Assembly: GCF_006345805.1 (NCBI RefSeq)
Contig: NC_043013.1
Location: 52,576,001 to 52,640,000 of the forward strand
Origin: Octopus sinensis
Lineage: Eukaryota
Length of the DNA stretch: 64,000 nucleotides
Direction: 5' to 3'
Made by a program: the position numbers and the translations under genes. Positions 1 to 12,330 of the stretch are shown in pieces. Under the pieces are notes generated by a model that had not been told where the DNA came from, made no database searches, and saw only the letters and a program-made list of their open reading frames with translations. Numbering within the stretch: the stretch's first letter is position 1; every line of letters begins with the position of its first letter.

Positions 1-61
1 TATCTACGGTTCCATCTTTTTCTTCCTTTCTCTCTCGGTGTTTGTGGTTATGTACGCAAAC

Positions 62-110
62 ACATACATACTTGTATGTATGTATGTATGTATGTATGTA
101 TGTATGTATG

Positions 111-141
<31 letters not shown>

Positions 142-203
142 TGTATGTATGTATGTATGTATGGATGATGGATGGATGGATGATGGATGGATGGATGGAT
201 GGA
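62..203. repeat. (TATG)n then (GATG)n microsatellite
   Basis: Direct reading; source of the MYVC-repeat ORFs. Confidence 0.95.
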
Positions 204-275
204 TTAATGTATGTAGCTCTCACTCTTTCTCTTTCTCTCTCAATAAGATGTAATATTCTTCGTACATATTATTTG

Positions 276-350
<75 letters not shown>

Positions 351-733
351 CATACGTGTGTGAAATGTTTGAATGGAATCTGCGTTGTGTCTCCTTCGGA
401 TCCTTGAGTCAGTAACTCGAAGCTGCAGTTCTGTCATACTCGCCATCATGATACACTGTGATACACGATGATTCACGCTGATTTTAGCCAACAGTTGTTG
501 GCTACTTCTCTAGTCTCGTATTTCCAGTATTTAACATGTGTTGTTAGATACTCTCCATTTGTGTCTTTCGTTTTTCGAAAAAATAGTTCATATTTTAGTT
601 ACTCGTACTTCGTATTTTTTGTTGTTGTACATGCTTTGTGACGTCCTGTGCCCACATATGCTTATATATATATATATATTATATGTTTGAACGCCACGCA
701 TCCTCTTCTATGTAAGTTATATATATATATATC

Positions 734-769
734 CTTTCTGTGGAAGAGCGCAGGCTCGAAACGTAAAAG
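734..769 (+). ncRNA. Degenerate minimal type I hammerhead-like motif
   Basis: CTTT-CTGTGGA-A-GAGC gcag GCTC-GAAAC-GTA-AAAG: stem I CTTT/AAAG, stem II GAGC/GCTC, GAAAC-GUA. The core deviates from CUGANGA. Confidence 0.4.
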
Positions 770-867
770 ACTTTTTCAATTTCTGAGCGTTATACTAAAA
801 CATCTGTTTGTTTTCTACACCACCTGTCCTTGTTTTTTTTTTTTTTGTTCTTTTTTTTATATATATG

Positions 868-912
<45 letters not shown>

Positions 913-914
913 CT

Positions 915-2050
915 TAGTATATTAAGAAAATTGTCCATTAATGTTTGCTAAGGTGTGTATATTTTCCAATGAAGATGCCTAATGTGATCTGCGGGATATT
1001 AAAAATGAATCCCAAACAAATAGCGGGGCCTCAGACACGATTAGACATGTAAAAACATCACTAATTCAGTGTAAGAATAGGGACAGAGAAAGGAACACTT
1101 TATGGTGCAATCCCGTATTTACCCCTACAATGAATTTCTTAATTCAATGTATCACCATTTTATGTCTGGGCGTAAGTATAGTAAGGTATTACATGGGAAC
1201 TTTGGTTCAGTTATTTAGTGAGTCATAATTTCAGTTGTTATGTGAGATATGATAATGCTGCAAAGCTGAATGTGAATGGGAGACAAGAACCAATCAAGTA
1301 CTCCCAGAATTCATGAGAATGGATGATAATTGTTTGGTAAACTCGAAAATATATAGCGCTATATTAGAAGCAAACGTCAGAGTTGAACACAAATTATATA
1401 TACTGGGAAAACTTATATGACTTTCAAAAATCGCTTCTATAAACTCAAACATTTATCTTTCAGCCCTGATGTGTATCAGTTTTGTTAATATTGATATTGT
1501 TAATATTGATAAGGTCTTTGACTTGAAGTCTTCAGGGATTCAATATTTGCTGCTTGATTTCAGATAAAGCACAACCATACTGTAACTATAGCTTCAACTA
1601 AAAAGATAAGCTGTGATTTTTGAGCAAAAACTTAAGAATTTGATTCAATGAATTAACAGTTTGTATAAAAGAACATAATTATTTGCGCCATTGTATGCAC
1701 GGGATAAGGCATCTGTCACATTTTGACTTAGAGTTTTAGGTCCCTTATAGTTTTCTATAATCACAAGCTGATATAGTAATTCTTGCGTCCCTTCATAAAT
1801 GATCGGAGGGAACATTAAGGATATACTAATGATAGCTGAGTGAACTGCAACAAAGTGGAATAAAGGTAATTCGTTATGGACCTCTTGTTCCACGAGGTGA
1901 GGAATTCGAAACTCCTCCCTTGCGAGCATAAGCGAAGCAGATAAACCTTTGGGCCACGGGATTTTCTGGGAGGCGAAGGAAAGGGAGCTTCGCAGTCGTT
2001 TGTTTTAGTGACCATCTCATTCACTGAAGGACTGAAGGCAAAACGCAACA
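915..2050 (-). mobile_element. Decayed Penelope-like element reverse transcriptase relic
   Basis: Manual minus-strand translation across stops and frameshifts gives PLE-RT-like motifs in the expected order: PFLRLPENPVAQRFIC, SLMFPPIIYEG, ILKFLLKN..LQYGCA, HPFS*ILGVLDWFLSPIHIQLCS (cf. HP.H....IP.SQ.LR...ICS), HIRHLHWKIY. Confidence 0.45.
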
Positions 2051-2268
2051 TCAAGTACAATGGGATTTGTACTCAGAGCAGAGAGGGCGAGAAAGTACAT
2101 TCCACAGCAAGTCTTTCATATAAGCATAACCGCAACAACAACAACAACGACGACGACAACTTCCAGGAAAACAGTGTAACCTATTATATATCAATATTCA
2201 TTGTCTAATTTATTGTTGTTGTGCAAGAAGTTAAGCAAATCAACGGTAATACGAAATATAAATAAATG

Positions 2269-2508
2269 CGCCCTTTTAAAGCCTAGACAGGCTCATGGGC
2301 CCGGTTTCCCGGTTTCTATGATGTATGTGTTTCCCAACTGGACGGGACGCCAGTCCATTGCAGCGTTACTCATTTTTGCCAGCTGAGTGGACTGGAGCAA
2401 CGTGAAATGAAGTGTTTTGCTCAAGAACACAACGCGTCGCCCGGTTCAGGAATCGAAACCACAATCTTACGATCATGACACCCTAATCACTAAACCACGC
2501 GCCTCCAC
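2269..2508 (-). mobile_element. tRNA-derived SINE with V-domain-like core
   Basis: Minus strand has a tRNA-like head with A/B boxes (GTGGAGGCGCGTGGTTTAGTG...GGTTTCGATTCC) and GCTGCAATGGACTGGCGTCCCGTCCAG, similar to the V-SINE central domain. Confidence 0.75.
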
Positions 2509-2927
2509 AACGGCAATAGAGGAAACCTATAATAAAAGACAATCCGTCCATGACCGTTCCGTCATTTTTATAAACAGGACGTATATATTTAGGTCAACAT
2601 AACGAAATAATTTACAAGTTTTTCTCTTTTTTTTAAGTCAATCTGATGTTATTTGAGGGAAAATTTTTGGACTTTTTCTTGCAAACTGATTGACCATCTA
2701 AGCATCATTGCAATTAGCTGATAACAAAAGCTCTCGTTTTAACGTTACCATTATTATTATTATATAGCTGTTCAATATTTGGTAGATTGAAGCAAATTTC
2801 TAATACATCACATGCTACACCACCGTGTTGCTGGGGTGTGTGCTGCATTGTGTGTTCATTTCTGCTGTTGGGAGTGTTAGTTTTTTTTCCCTTGGTTGGT
2901 GGTGCTATTATTATTGTTATTATCATT

Positions 2928-3318
2928 GCCTTTGCACTGCTTCTAACACTGGAGATGTACTCCGACACCAGCTGTTCACTACCAGTGAACTAAGGTAACA
3001 CCTCTTATTTTACGAGCACCATCTGGAGTATTCGAGCGGTTCCAAGTAGTGATGTTTTCTATGCACTTTTCACTGTTTCAAGGGCTCCGACAATTATTGA
3101 TACTACTACCACCTTTTTCATCGACCACAACTGTTTTACCTCCCAAGATAACCTGACGTACCTATCGACTTTTCTTTTTTCCTTAAGCATACCTTGTTGT
3201 CAGCTGGGCATGCTATATCTATAACCCAGCATAGTTTGGTTTCTTTCTCAGCTAAGGCTATGTCTGACTTCCTATTCTCTATCTCATGGTCGCTCTGAAT
3301 CATAAGAATCTTTACATT
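2928..3318 (-). mobile_element. 3' fragment of RLE-type (R4/Dong-like) non-LTR retrotransposon, lineage 1
   Basis: Translates to VKILMIQSDHEIENRKSDIALAEKETKLCWVIDIACPADNK...WSMKKVVVVSIIVGAL...KTSLLGTARILQMVL, a PD-D-type restriction-like endonuclease C-terminus, followed by a 3' UTR and TAA-rich tail. Confidence 0.85.
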
Positions 3319-3349
3319 ATCATTTACTATGATGCCTTCGGGTTTGTGG

Positions 3350-3456
3350 GAGTGAGAGAGCAGTGCATGCCATCAAAGTGACACTGGGGTAAAATATACG
3401 AAGCCCAGTATACCCATCATGACTATCCGTCTGATAAGGGTATACCAGGCACATGC
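3350..3456 (-). mobile_element. 3' end of a TAA-associated interspersed repeat (same family at 33602 and 63665)
   Basis: GAGTGAGAGAGCAGTGCATGCCATCAAAGTGACACTGGGG... is nearly identical to 33602-33705. Confidence 0.8.
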
Positions 3457-3461
3457 TATTA

Positions 3462-3518
<57 letters not shown>

Positions 3519-3526
3519 CATTATTA

Positions 3527-3584
<58 letters not shown>

Positions 3585-3610
3585 TGTTGTTGTTGTTGTC
3601 GTTGTTATTA
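3457..3610. repeat. (TTA)n microsatellite
   Basis: Direct reading. Confidence 0.95.
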
Positions 3611-3615
3611 ATGTA

Positions 3616-3826
3616 GTGAGCTGGAAGAATCTGCAAGCACACCAGACAAAATGCTTATCGGTCTTTCGTTCGTCTTTACGTTCTGAGTTCAAATTCCGCT
3701 GAAGCCGACCTTTAATTTTCATTCTTTCCGGGTCGATGAAACAAGTACCAGTTTTGCACAAGGGTCCATCAAATCGACTAGACACCCACATAAAATTTCA
3801 GCCCTTGTGCCTGTGGTAGAAAGAAA
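3616..3826 (+). mobile_element. SINE family A copy
   Basis: Diagnostic GTTCTGAGTTCAAATTCCGC...GGGTCGAT core shared with about ten other copies in the window. Confidence 0.85.
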
Positions 3827-4146
3827 CACGTATTATTATTTTACTAGTTGCTATTGTTCCTTCGTTAATGGTCCTCGTGTGTGTGTTTTTTAAAAATATG
3901 AATACGAGTATTGTTTTTTGCATTTTATGTTTCTTTGATTTTTTACCATTTTATTGGGATTGTTGTTGTTGTTGTTATTGCTGTCACTGTTGTAGTGGTT
4001 GTTTGTCGTTTGATTGTGGTCAATTATTTCCTTGTTTTGCCCCGATATTTTTGGTCCGCAATCAACAATATCATATTGCAAGATTGTATTGTTGCTGGCA
4101 TTTAGCCATCATTAAATAAAGACGGATATAAAGTCATACCAGCCCA

Positions 4147-4559
4147 AAGACACACACACACACGCGCACGCACACACACGCACACACACACGCGCGCACA
4201 CACACACATGCGTGCACACACACACACACGCATGCACACGCACGCACACGCACATACACATGTTCATATTCACTTTCAGATATATGACACGCGTGTATGT
4301 AGTGAGTATGTGTGTGTATATATATGTGTGTGTGCGTGTATGCTTTTCTATAAACATACGGATGTATATATATATATATATACATTATATATATATATAT
4401 ATATATACATATATATACATATATATACATATATATATGTATATAATATACATATGTGTACGTATATATGCATATATATGTATATATATAAAATATATAT
4501 ATATATAAATACATATATATCAGAAACATATACGCATATGAATATATGTATATATATAT

Positions 4560-4591
<32 letters not shown>

Positions 4592-4636
4592 GTGTGTGAG
4601 TGTCTGTGTGTGTATATATATATGTATATACACACA

Positions 4637-4687
<51 letters not shown>

Positions 4688-4845
4688 CATACATATAAAT
4701 ACATACATACGCGTACATGCATATAAATATATATATATAAATATGCATATATAAATATATATATATATCTGTGTGTTTGTGCGTGTGTATATCTATACGC
4801 GTATATGTAAATATAATACACACACACACACACACACACACATAC
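4147..4845. repeat. Compound CA/TA/TG dinucleotide microsatellite tract
   Basis: Direct reading; source of the 172-257 aa low-complexity ORFs. Confidence 0.95.
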
Positions 4846-5369
4846 GCCAACAAAATTAATGAAGCCAACCAACCGCCCAACCAACCAACCAACCAACCAA
4901 GAAGCATTAAAACGAATGAGTGATTGTATCAATGAATGAAATACATAGAAGGAGGAAGAGGGGAGTGGAAGGAGGAAGAGGAGGAGGAGGGGTCGTAGAG
5001 AAATGAATGAATTCCTGTTGGGTGTGGTCAAAATTTAGTATTCTTTCTTTAGTATTTATTTAGCGAGAGTTTGTTGGTGGGGGGGCGATACTGATGAAAC
5101 CTCCCCCCACCTCCTTGCTTAGTTCCTCATCACATTCATTAGGAAATCATATTTATTTTGGCGCTAAACTAACAGAAATTGTAGAACACCCAAATAAATG
5201 GTATTTATCAAGTATTTAGTTTTGGTCGTATAACAACCCAGGTTCAAACTCCCCCCGATTCTATTTATAAAATAAGGACCATTCCTTGGTGGATGGGGTC
5301 AGTTGTGCACTCAGAAGCTTGGTGACCTCCGAGTTGTGTGGCGTTATGCCTGTCTTTTAGATCATTGCT

Positions 5370-5818
5370 TTGTTTCAGTCATGCTGCGGTCATACTGGAG
5401 CACTTCCCACGAAGAATTTTATTCGAGCGAATCGGCACCGTTACTTGATTCCTTTAATCCTGTTACTTATCCTATGCCCTGCTCCCTTTCTTTTGCGAAC
5501 GGCTAAGTTACGGGGATGTAAACATACTAACACCGGTTGTCAAGCAGTGATGGTGGGACAAACGCTGGCACAAAGACATACACACACACATACACACACA
5601 TACACACACACACAAACACACGCAACCAAAATGGAGACGAACACCGCTGTGCCATGTGATAGGCTTGGTAATTGTTGAGGTATTCCTTAACATGAAACCA
5701 ATGGTAGCCTTAATACACAAATAAAGTATCTTTGTCCACTAATAGTTTCGAAAACTCATTCTCATTGTTCGATGTTTACGTGCACACACACACACACAGA
5801 CACACACACACAGACACA

Positions 5819-5864
<46 letters not shown>

Positions 5865-6012
5865 TACACAGACGCACACACACTCACACACACTCACACA
5901 TACATGTATATGTATATGACGGGCTTGTTTCAGTTTCCGTCTACCAAATCCGCTTACAAGGTTTTGGTCTACTCGACGCTGGGAAGCAATCGTTTTACCA
6001 CAGAGCCATGCC
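5370..6012 (-). mobile_element. Diverged SINE family B copy split by a (CA)n expansion
   Basis: 3' part TTGTTTCAGTCAT...GCTAAGTTACGGGGATGTAAAC at 5370-5570; 5' part CAGTTTCCGTCTACCAAATCC at about 5918-6012. Confidence 0.65.
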
Positions 6013-6059
6013 GGCCTCTATGTGAGAGGGTTTGATATTGTTTTGTGGTAGAAATGAAA

Positions 6060-6467
6060 GACATTTTGAGGTGACTAAAAGAATGAATGAATCGAAGAAA
6101 ATGAACGAAGAAATAAGGAAAAGTATTAAAGAACAATGAACAAATGACCTACTGCAAAGGGAATGAAACTGAACGAATGAACGAATCGAAATTGAACAGG
6201 ACTGAATGCATGAATGAACCGACAATCTTGATTGAAATTAAACGTGCGAATGAAATGAAATTATTGGACAAAAATAAAGGAGTGAACGAATCGAAATTAG
6301 CAAAAGGACGAAGGATTCAAAATCAAAAGAGAATGAACCAATGAAGGAAACGAAGTTACTGAATGAAAATGGAATTAAAATGATGGAACGTATCAACTGA
6401 AATTATTGTGCAACAGAACGAACCAAAATGGAACAAGAGTGAAAGAATGAATGAACCGAAATTATGG

Positions 6468-6470
<3 letters not shown>
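6060..6470. repeat. Degenerate purine-rich GAATGAACGAATCGAAATT minisatellite
   Basis: Recurrent GAATGAA/GAACGAATCGAAATT motifs throughout the tract. Confidence 0.6.
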
Positions 6471-6555
<85 letters not shown>

Positions 6556-7429
6556 GCACAGAGAGAGACAAAGACAGAGAAAGAGAGAAAGAAAGAGAGA
6601 TAATGGTGATAGAGTGAGGGAGAGAGATTTGCGTATGATTTGTGTGAGAGACAGAGAGAGAGTAAAAAAAGTGGAAGTGAAGAGGGGTGTGCGTGTGTAT
6701 GCATATTGTGTATGTGAGGGAGAGAGAGGGAGAATGAGGAGAAGAGAGAGAGTGGGAAGAGACAGAGATAGAAAGAGAGAGGGAGGAAAGTAAGACTTAT
6801 TCGACTAAAAGGTATTGTACCTCGCCACAAAAAAAAAATTTTTGAATCCGACGCGAAAGGAGAAAATGAAAATTTGAAGAATTTGGACGTGGATGGTGAA
6901 ATGAGCCATTGTTGGTCGTATATTTAGCTTGTTTACAATTCGAGTGTATATAACATAATTACAATATTACTATATAATACATCATACTAAACATACATAT
7001 ATACATACACATATACATACACATACACATTAGGTGTATGCGTATGTATTTATGTATTTTTGTATGCAGGTTTATATCATATTACTGCATATATCACGAT
7101 TACTAATGATTTCAATATTTTCACATTAACTCTTTCATTTATTTTATATATTTATTTGTAGGAAACGTGACCTTCTGCTTAGGTCTGTCTGGAAGTGGGA
7201 CATTTTTCATTGCCTCAGATATTGTTACTGCAGCCGCGAATCGCAACCCTCCCTAATCCTGAGTGTTGTCTGGTTTCTATGTTCTTGTTTATGAAGTTAA
7301 TGTTAGAATGGTAGTAACACTTAATGTCACTCTTGACTAGTTACCAATGAACTGAACACAAGAAATAAAGCTATGATTATATTTTAATTTTAAACAATTA
7401 AAACTTAATCAAATTCGAATACATAATAT

Positions 7430-7833
7430 GGGTCACAGGATGCCTGACGAAAGGTTTAAGACAAAGAACACAAAATAAGGACAATCATAAAGTAGTAGTG
7501 AAGAACGAATATACATCTTTTATTGTTAAATTTCGGGACGGCCATGATCATTGATTTCTTTTTCTCGCCAAAGAAACACACGCATTGTGTATTCCTTCTT
7601 TACTTCAGTATTATTGTTGTTTTTAATTTAGTGTCCTTTATCTGAAAATCTTTCGTCACACGTCCAGTGACCCCTTCAGCGGCTCTCCCATCCCACGCGT
7701 CTCCTCCTGTGCTGCTTAGTTCATACAAGCTGAAGAGCCGCCGAAGGGGTCACAGGATGCCTGACGAAAGGTTTAAGACAAAGAACACAAAAATAAGGAC
7801 AATCATAAAGTAGTAGTGAAGAACGAATATACA
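7430..7833. repeat. Imperfect fold-back (about 7587-7686 vs 7733-7833) plus an ~86-bp direct duplicate of the right arm (7430-7515)
   Basis: GTGACCCCTTCAGCGGCTCT pairs with AGAGCCGCCGAAGGGGTCAC; 7430-7515 matches 7747-7833 apart from one indel. Confidence 0.8.
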
Positions 7834-8068
7834 GTGCGTGTGTCTATGCGGCAAAAAGAAAAAAATGACCGTCCCAAAATATAACAATATTCTATTCAAC
7901 ACACGATTTAACATAAGAGACCTTGCAGAACAAATACATAAACGTAATTTTCATCATTTCTTTACTTTAAATTTAAATTTCTATTGCTGCTCTGCTTGCT
8001 TTTTTCTTTTGTCACGGTAAGTAACGATAGCAAATCCCTATTTATTTATTTATTTGTTTATTTATTTA

Positions 8069-8154
8069 TGCAGCTGAGATAGCACTGCATTTAAATTGAT
8101 GTAATGCTTGCATTGTTGAATTAATTTGGAGCCGCTTGAAACGGTCGTACTGCA
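8069..8154 (+). ncRNA. Type I hammerhead motif, tandem copy 1 (core carries a 1-nt deletion)
   Basis: TGCAG-CTGA(-)GA-long stem II-GAAAC-GGTC-GTA-CTGCA; stem I is a perfect 5 bp. Confidence 0.65.
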
Positions 8155-8224
8155 TCACGTCTTTCGCATATTTTGATAATAATCCCTCTATTTATATATA
8201 TATATATATATATTTATTTATTTA

Positions 8225-8310
8225 TGCAGCTGATGATAGCCCTGCATTTAAATTGATGTAATGATTGCATTGTTCAATTAAATGGAGCCGCTTGAAACGG
8301 CCGTAGTGCA
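8225..8310 (+). ncRNA. Type I hammerhead motif, tandem copy 2 (intact core)
   Basis: TGCAG-CTGATGA-extended stem II (CATTTAAATTGA/TCAATTAAATG)-GAAAC-GGCC-GTA-GTGCA; loop 3 is the palindrome GGCC. Confidence 0.75.
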
Positions 8311-8876
8311 TCACGTCTTGATATCCTGTTGCTTATTTTGATTATATAGGGGTCGATCTAATCGCCTGGAACCCTCTCCAAAAATTTCGGGCCTTGTGTC
8401 TAGAGTAGAATAGAATATTTTATATTATTGTGTTGAGTCAAAAGTTTTGCCATATTTTGGTAACAACAAAAGCACCCTAGCGTTCAAAGTGATGTTCATC
8501 ATGATGCGTCGCCTGTGCCACCTTTCTACCCTTTCTTTGATTCCACGCTGATAACCATTTTTTGTTCTTCAAGTACTCTTTCATTGAAGCTTCCGTCTCT
8601 TCTTCATTGATGAAACGTCGCGAGAGCGGGTAGTGAGCCATGGATCGGATCAGGTAATAATCCGACGGCCTCTACTTTGAATGCTATTTAAACACTCGGG
8701 AATTTGATAAAAGTTGAGTTATATTTATTATATGTATGTCATATTTTCTGTATTTTCTCTCCGTGCCTCTCACTCATTTTATCTTTATTTGTATAATCCT
8801 GCGCACGCTTGGAATGTGTGTATGATTTCGTTGTAACTTAACGAATGAAACAAATATAAGTTACTAAAATATTGCA

Positions 8877-9070
8877 CAAAGCCTGAAATTTTGGGGGAGG
8901 GGGCCAGTCGATTACATGGACCCCAATACGCAACTGCTACTTAATTTATCAACCCCGAAATGATGAAAGGCAAAGTCGACCTCGACGGAATTTGAACGCA
9001 GAACGTAACGACACGAAATACCGCTAAGCATTTCGCCCGGCCTGCCAACGTTTCTGCCAGTTTGCCGCTT
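8877..9070 (-). mobile_element. SINE family A copy with a perfect 20-bp target-site duplication
   Basis: TAAGTTACTAAAATATTGCA at 8857-8876 and 9071-9090 flanks the SINE. Confidence 0.9.
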
Positions 9071-9431
9071 TAAGTTACTAAAATATTGCAAAACATTTAA
9101 CTCAGCACAATAACTGCATTTAGAAAATCACATAGCCTTTCATTAAGGACGTTTAAGGCTCCTGTTAAGGGTGTCTTGAAGATTATTTCATTGGTAGACT
9201 GTCTTCAAGATTATTTCGTTGGTAGACTGTGTCGGTCGCTCGATTTAACACCATATCCTCCACTCCACCTTGCACATCTTAATCGAATTTCCTCATTTGC
9301 AAGCACTCGGTCCATATCAAGGGCCCAACGATACATCGAACAGGAAGAATGATCTTTTTTACTAAAGGCACAAGGACTGAAATTTGTTGTGAGGGAATTA
9401 GTCAATTAACGCGGGCGGAAAGTAAATACGC

Positions 9432-9673
9432 ACGAAATACCTATTTCTTTACTCCCCACAAGGGGCAAAACACAGAGAGGACAAACAAAGACAGACAAAC
9501 GGATTAAGTCGATTATATCGACCCCAGTGCGTAAATGGTACTTATTTAATCGACCCCGAAAGGATGAAAGGCAAAGTCGACCTCGGCGGAATTTGAACTC
9601 TCAACGTAACGGCAGACGAAATACGGCTAAGCATTTCGCCCGGCGTTCTAACGTTTCTGCCAGCTCGTCGCCT
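9432..9673 (-). mobile_element. SINE family A, near full length
   Basis: Reverse complement of AGCTGGCAGAAACGTTAG...GAGTTCAAATTCCGCCGAGGTCGACTTTGCC...AGTAAAGAAATAGG. Confidence 0.9.
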
Positions 9674-10564
9674 GAAACAGGAAAAATAACAACCTTTAAA
9701 ATAGATCCCTTGTTAAAATAGCAGGAAAAGGGATTCAATATCACTCACTGTTTCTGGCAGACATTTGACACTCAACAACACCACGCACCTTACCATTTTC
9801 TCGAACGGATTTTTATTTAAGCTTCCGTTGGCTCTGACCCAAAACACATCAGTTCAAAATCATTCCATTCTTGACAATGCCATCTATTTTTACAACTTGT
9901 AGTAAATCCAAAAATACGGCCTTGTTTTTTGCCGGAGTGAAATATGCGAATTCATGGAAACTAGACTTGTTGGCTATTTCTAGGAGATAACAAAATGTCC
10001 AAGCTATAGTATTAAATATTCCATATATAGTTTCGTACTGTCATCTTTAACATGTTCATGTACATTCGAACATGGAAAGACAATACACTGTAAAAATTGT
10101 CTCGAGAGAAAACATACTCTTTATAAATAATCTGGATGTAAATATAACACTAGGCCATGAATAAGGCCAACGCACTTTAGAACGCGTGCGTTTCTGCGTC
10201 ATTACACTTCTCAGTTAAGATACTCATCCATTCTAGAAATTTGAGGGGCCTGGGGGAATGGTCCGAGCTCATGGGTAAGGTTGCGCCTTTCAACATATAT
10301 AATAGAATATAGTGTGAGAATAGAAGGAGTCCCGTTCGTTTTTTTCTATATTCCAGCATTCCACTTTCAAGTTCTTACTCGTTTTAACTAAACGTGCATT
10401 ATTTCTGTAGGATATTCCTACATACTAGTCCGCCTCGGTCAAAACACACACATACACACACACGCGCACACACACACACACACACCACACACACACAAAT
10501 GCATAAATACAGACATGAGCACAATATATTCATATCACGCTCTTGCTCTCTTTATCTCTCACTT

Positions 10565-10596
<32 letters not shown>

Positions 10597-10815
10597 CTTT
10601 CATTCACGTCTCTCGTGTTTCCATCATTCCTCAGTTTACATCGCAAACGCTGAAAAATGTATCGTCATACACACACGCGCGCGCGAACACACATTTATAC
10701 GCACTCTCTGGCAAACGCATTCATGTACACATGCGCATTAACATACTCATACATATGTGCGCATATGTATATATTTATATATATATATATGTATATATAT
10801 ATGTATATGAATATA

Positions 10816-10861
<46 letters not shown>

Positions 10862-11094
10862 CATATGCAGCGTGCACTACCTTCTACTCTCTCATTCTTT
10901 GGACGCACCAGTATATCTATTCCTCCCCCTATCTCTCTCTCTAGCGTTCTCTCTCTGTCCCTTTCAAACCCCTAGACCCTATAACCCCACCACATCAGCC
11001 ATCATTCTATTTCTTTTATGAAACACAATATTCTTCTCTCGGTTTTCTGTTAAGTTGTCATTCATTTCTTATTCCAATACCGCCATTGTTAAAT

Positions 11095-11147
<53 letters not shown>

Positions 11148-11467
11148 TGCTTCTTGTCGTTGTTGTTCTTGATGATCAATTTATGAATACCTTGGAGTTT
11201 TAATATCCGTTTTAAAGAACAAATTATCGCGAAGTTACAATGGCCGATATTAGCGGGACAAAAGCCTGTTTGATTAAACCGCTGACGAAATGTTATCTAA
11301 GTTAATATCGCCATTGTTGCTGAAAGAGATGGCTGCGAGCCCTAAGCCTAAAACACACACACAGAACAGAATCGAGAAAATGTTCCGATCGAGACGCACT
11401 GGAAACGTTTGCTGTGACAAATACATACAAGCTACGATTTGTTTGGTGGACTGACCTCGAAAATAAT

Positions 11468-11513
11468 AATAGTACTACTACTACTACTAATAATAATAAC
11501 GATAATGAAAATC

Positions 11514-11547
<34 letters not shown>

Positions 11548-11665
11548 TAACAAAGAGAAGAAGAAGAAGGAGAAGAAGAAGAAGAAGAGAAGAAGAAGAA
11601 GAAGAAGAAGAAGAAGAAGAAGAAGAAGAAGAAGAAGAAGAAGAAGAAGAAGAAGAAGAAGAAAG
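11468..11665. repeat. (TAC/TAA)n followed by (GAA)n trinucleotide arrays
   Basis: Direct reading. Confidence 0.95.
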
Positions 11666-11726
11666 TAGATGATGGTGAAGTGTATATTCGCGCCAGATAT
11701 ATATGAGTATGTGTAATGTGTGTGTG

Positions 11727-11773
<47 letters not shown>

Positions 11774-12135
11774 GTGTGTATGTATGTGTGTGTATATGTA
11801 TATATGAAAGTATAAATGTAACATATGAATATATATGCATACATATATATATGTATGTATGCACAAGCACACAGACACAGACACACAAACACACACCTGT
11901 ATATGTATGTATATACACGCGTATGTGCGTGTGACAGTGCGTGAGCGTATGCTTTTTTCCGTTTTGTGTGTGTATGTTTGTGCGTATGTGTGTACGTGTA
12001 TGTATGTGCATGCATGTGTGTTTGTGCATATATATTCGTATGTGAGTATTTCGTGCTTATATATATACACACAAGTGTGCACGTCTGTATACATAGTTCT
12101 ATGAGTGTGTGTATATATAGACGTATATATATATA

Positions 12136-12187
<52 letters not shown>

Positions 12188-12277
12188 TATATACATATAG
12201 ATAGATAGATAGAAATGTATGAATATATGTATCTATGTATTTCTATGCCGACATCTTTCTATGTCTGTCTTTCCGTT

Positions 12278-12330
<53 letters not shown>

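Noticed and set aside
5078-5112. G/C hairpin enclosing CTGATGAAAC
   Set aside because: No stem II between CTGATGA and GAAA and no cleavage triplet; not a hammerhead, and no snoRNA architecture.
7430-8320. CRISPR-like reading of the direct repeats
   Set aside because: Only two copies each, no unique-spacer array, no cas genes, and a eukaryotic context.
8575-8630. GAAACGTCG with an upstream TTGAAG
   Set aside because: No recognisable CUGANGA core or stems.
10177-10359. 60-aa ORF and a possible plus-strand micro-exon ending TGG|GTAAGG
   Set aside because: Both readings are possible and neither is supported.
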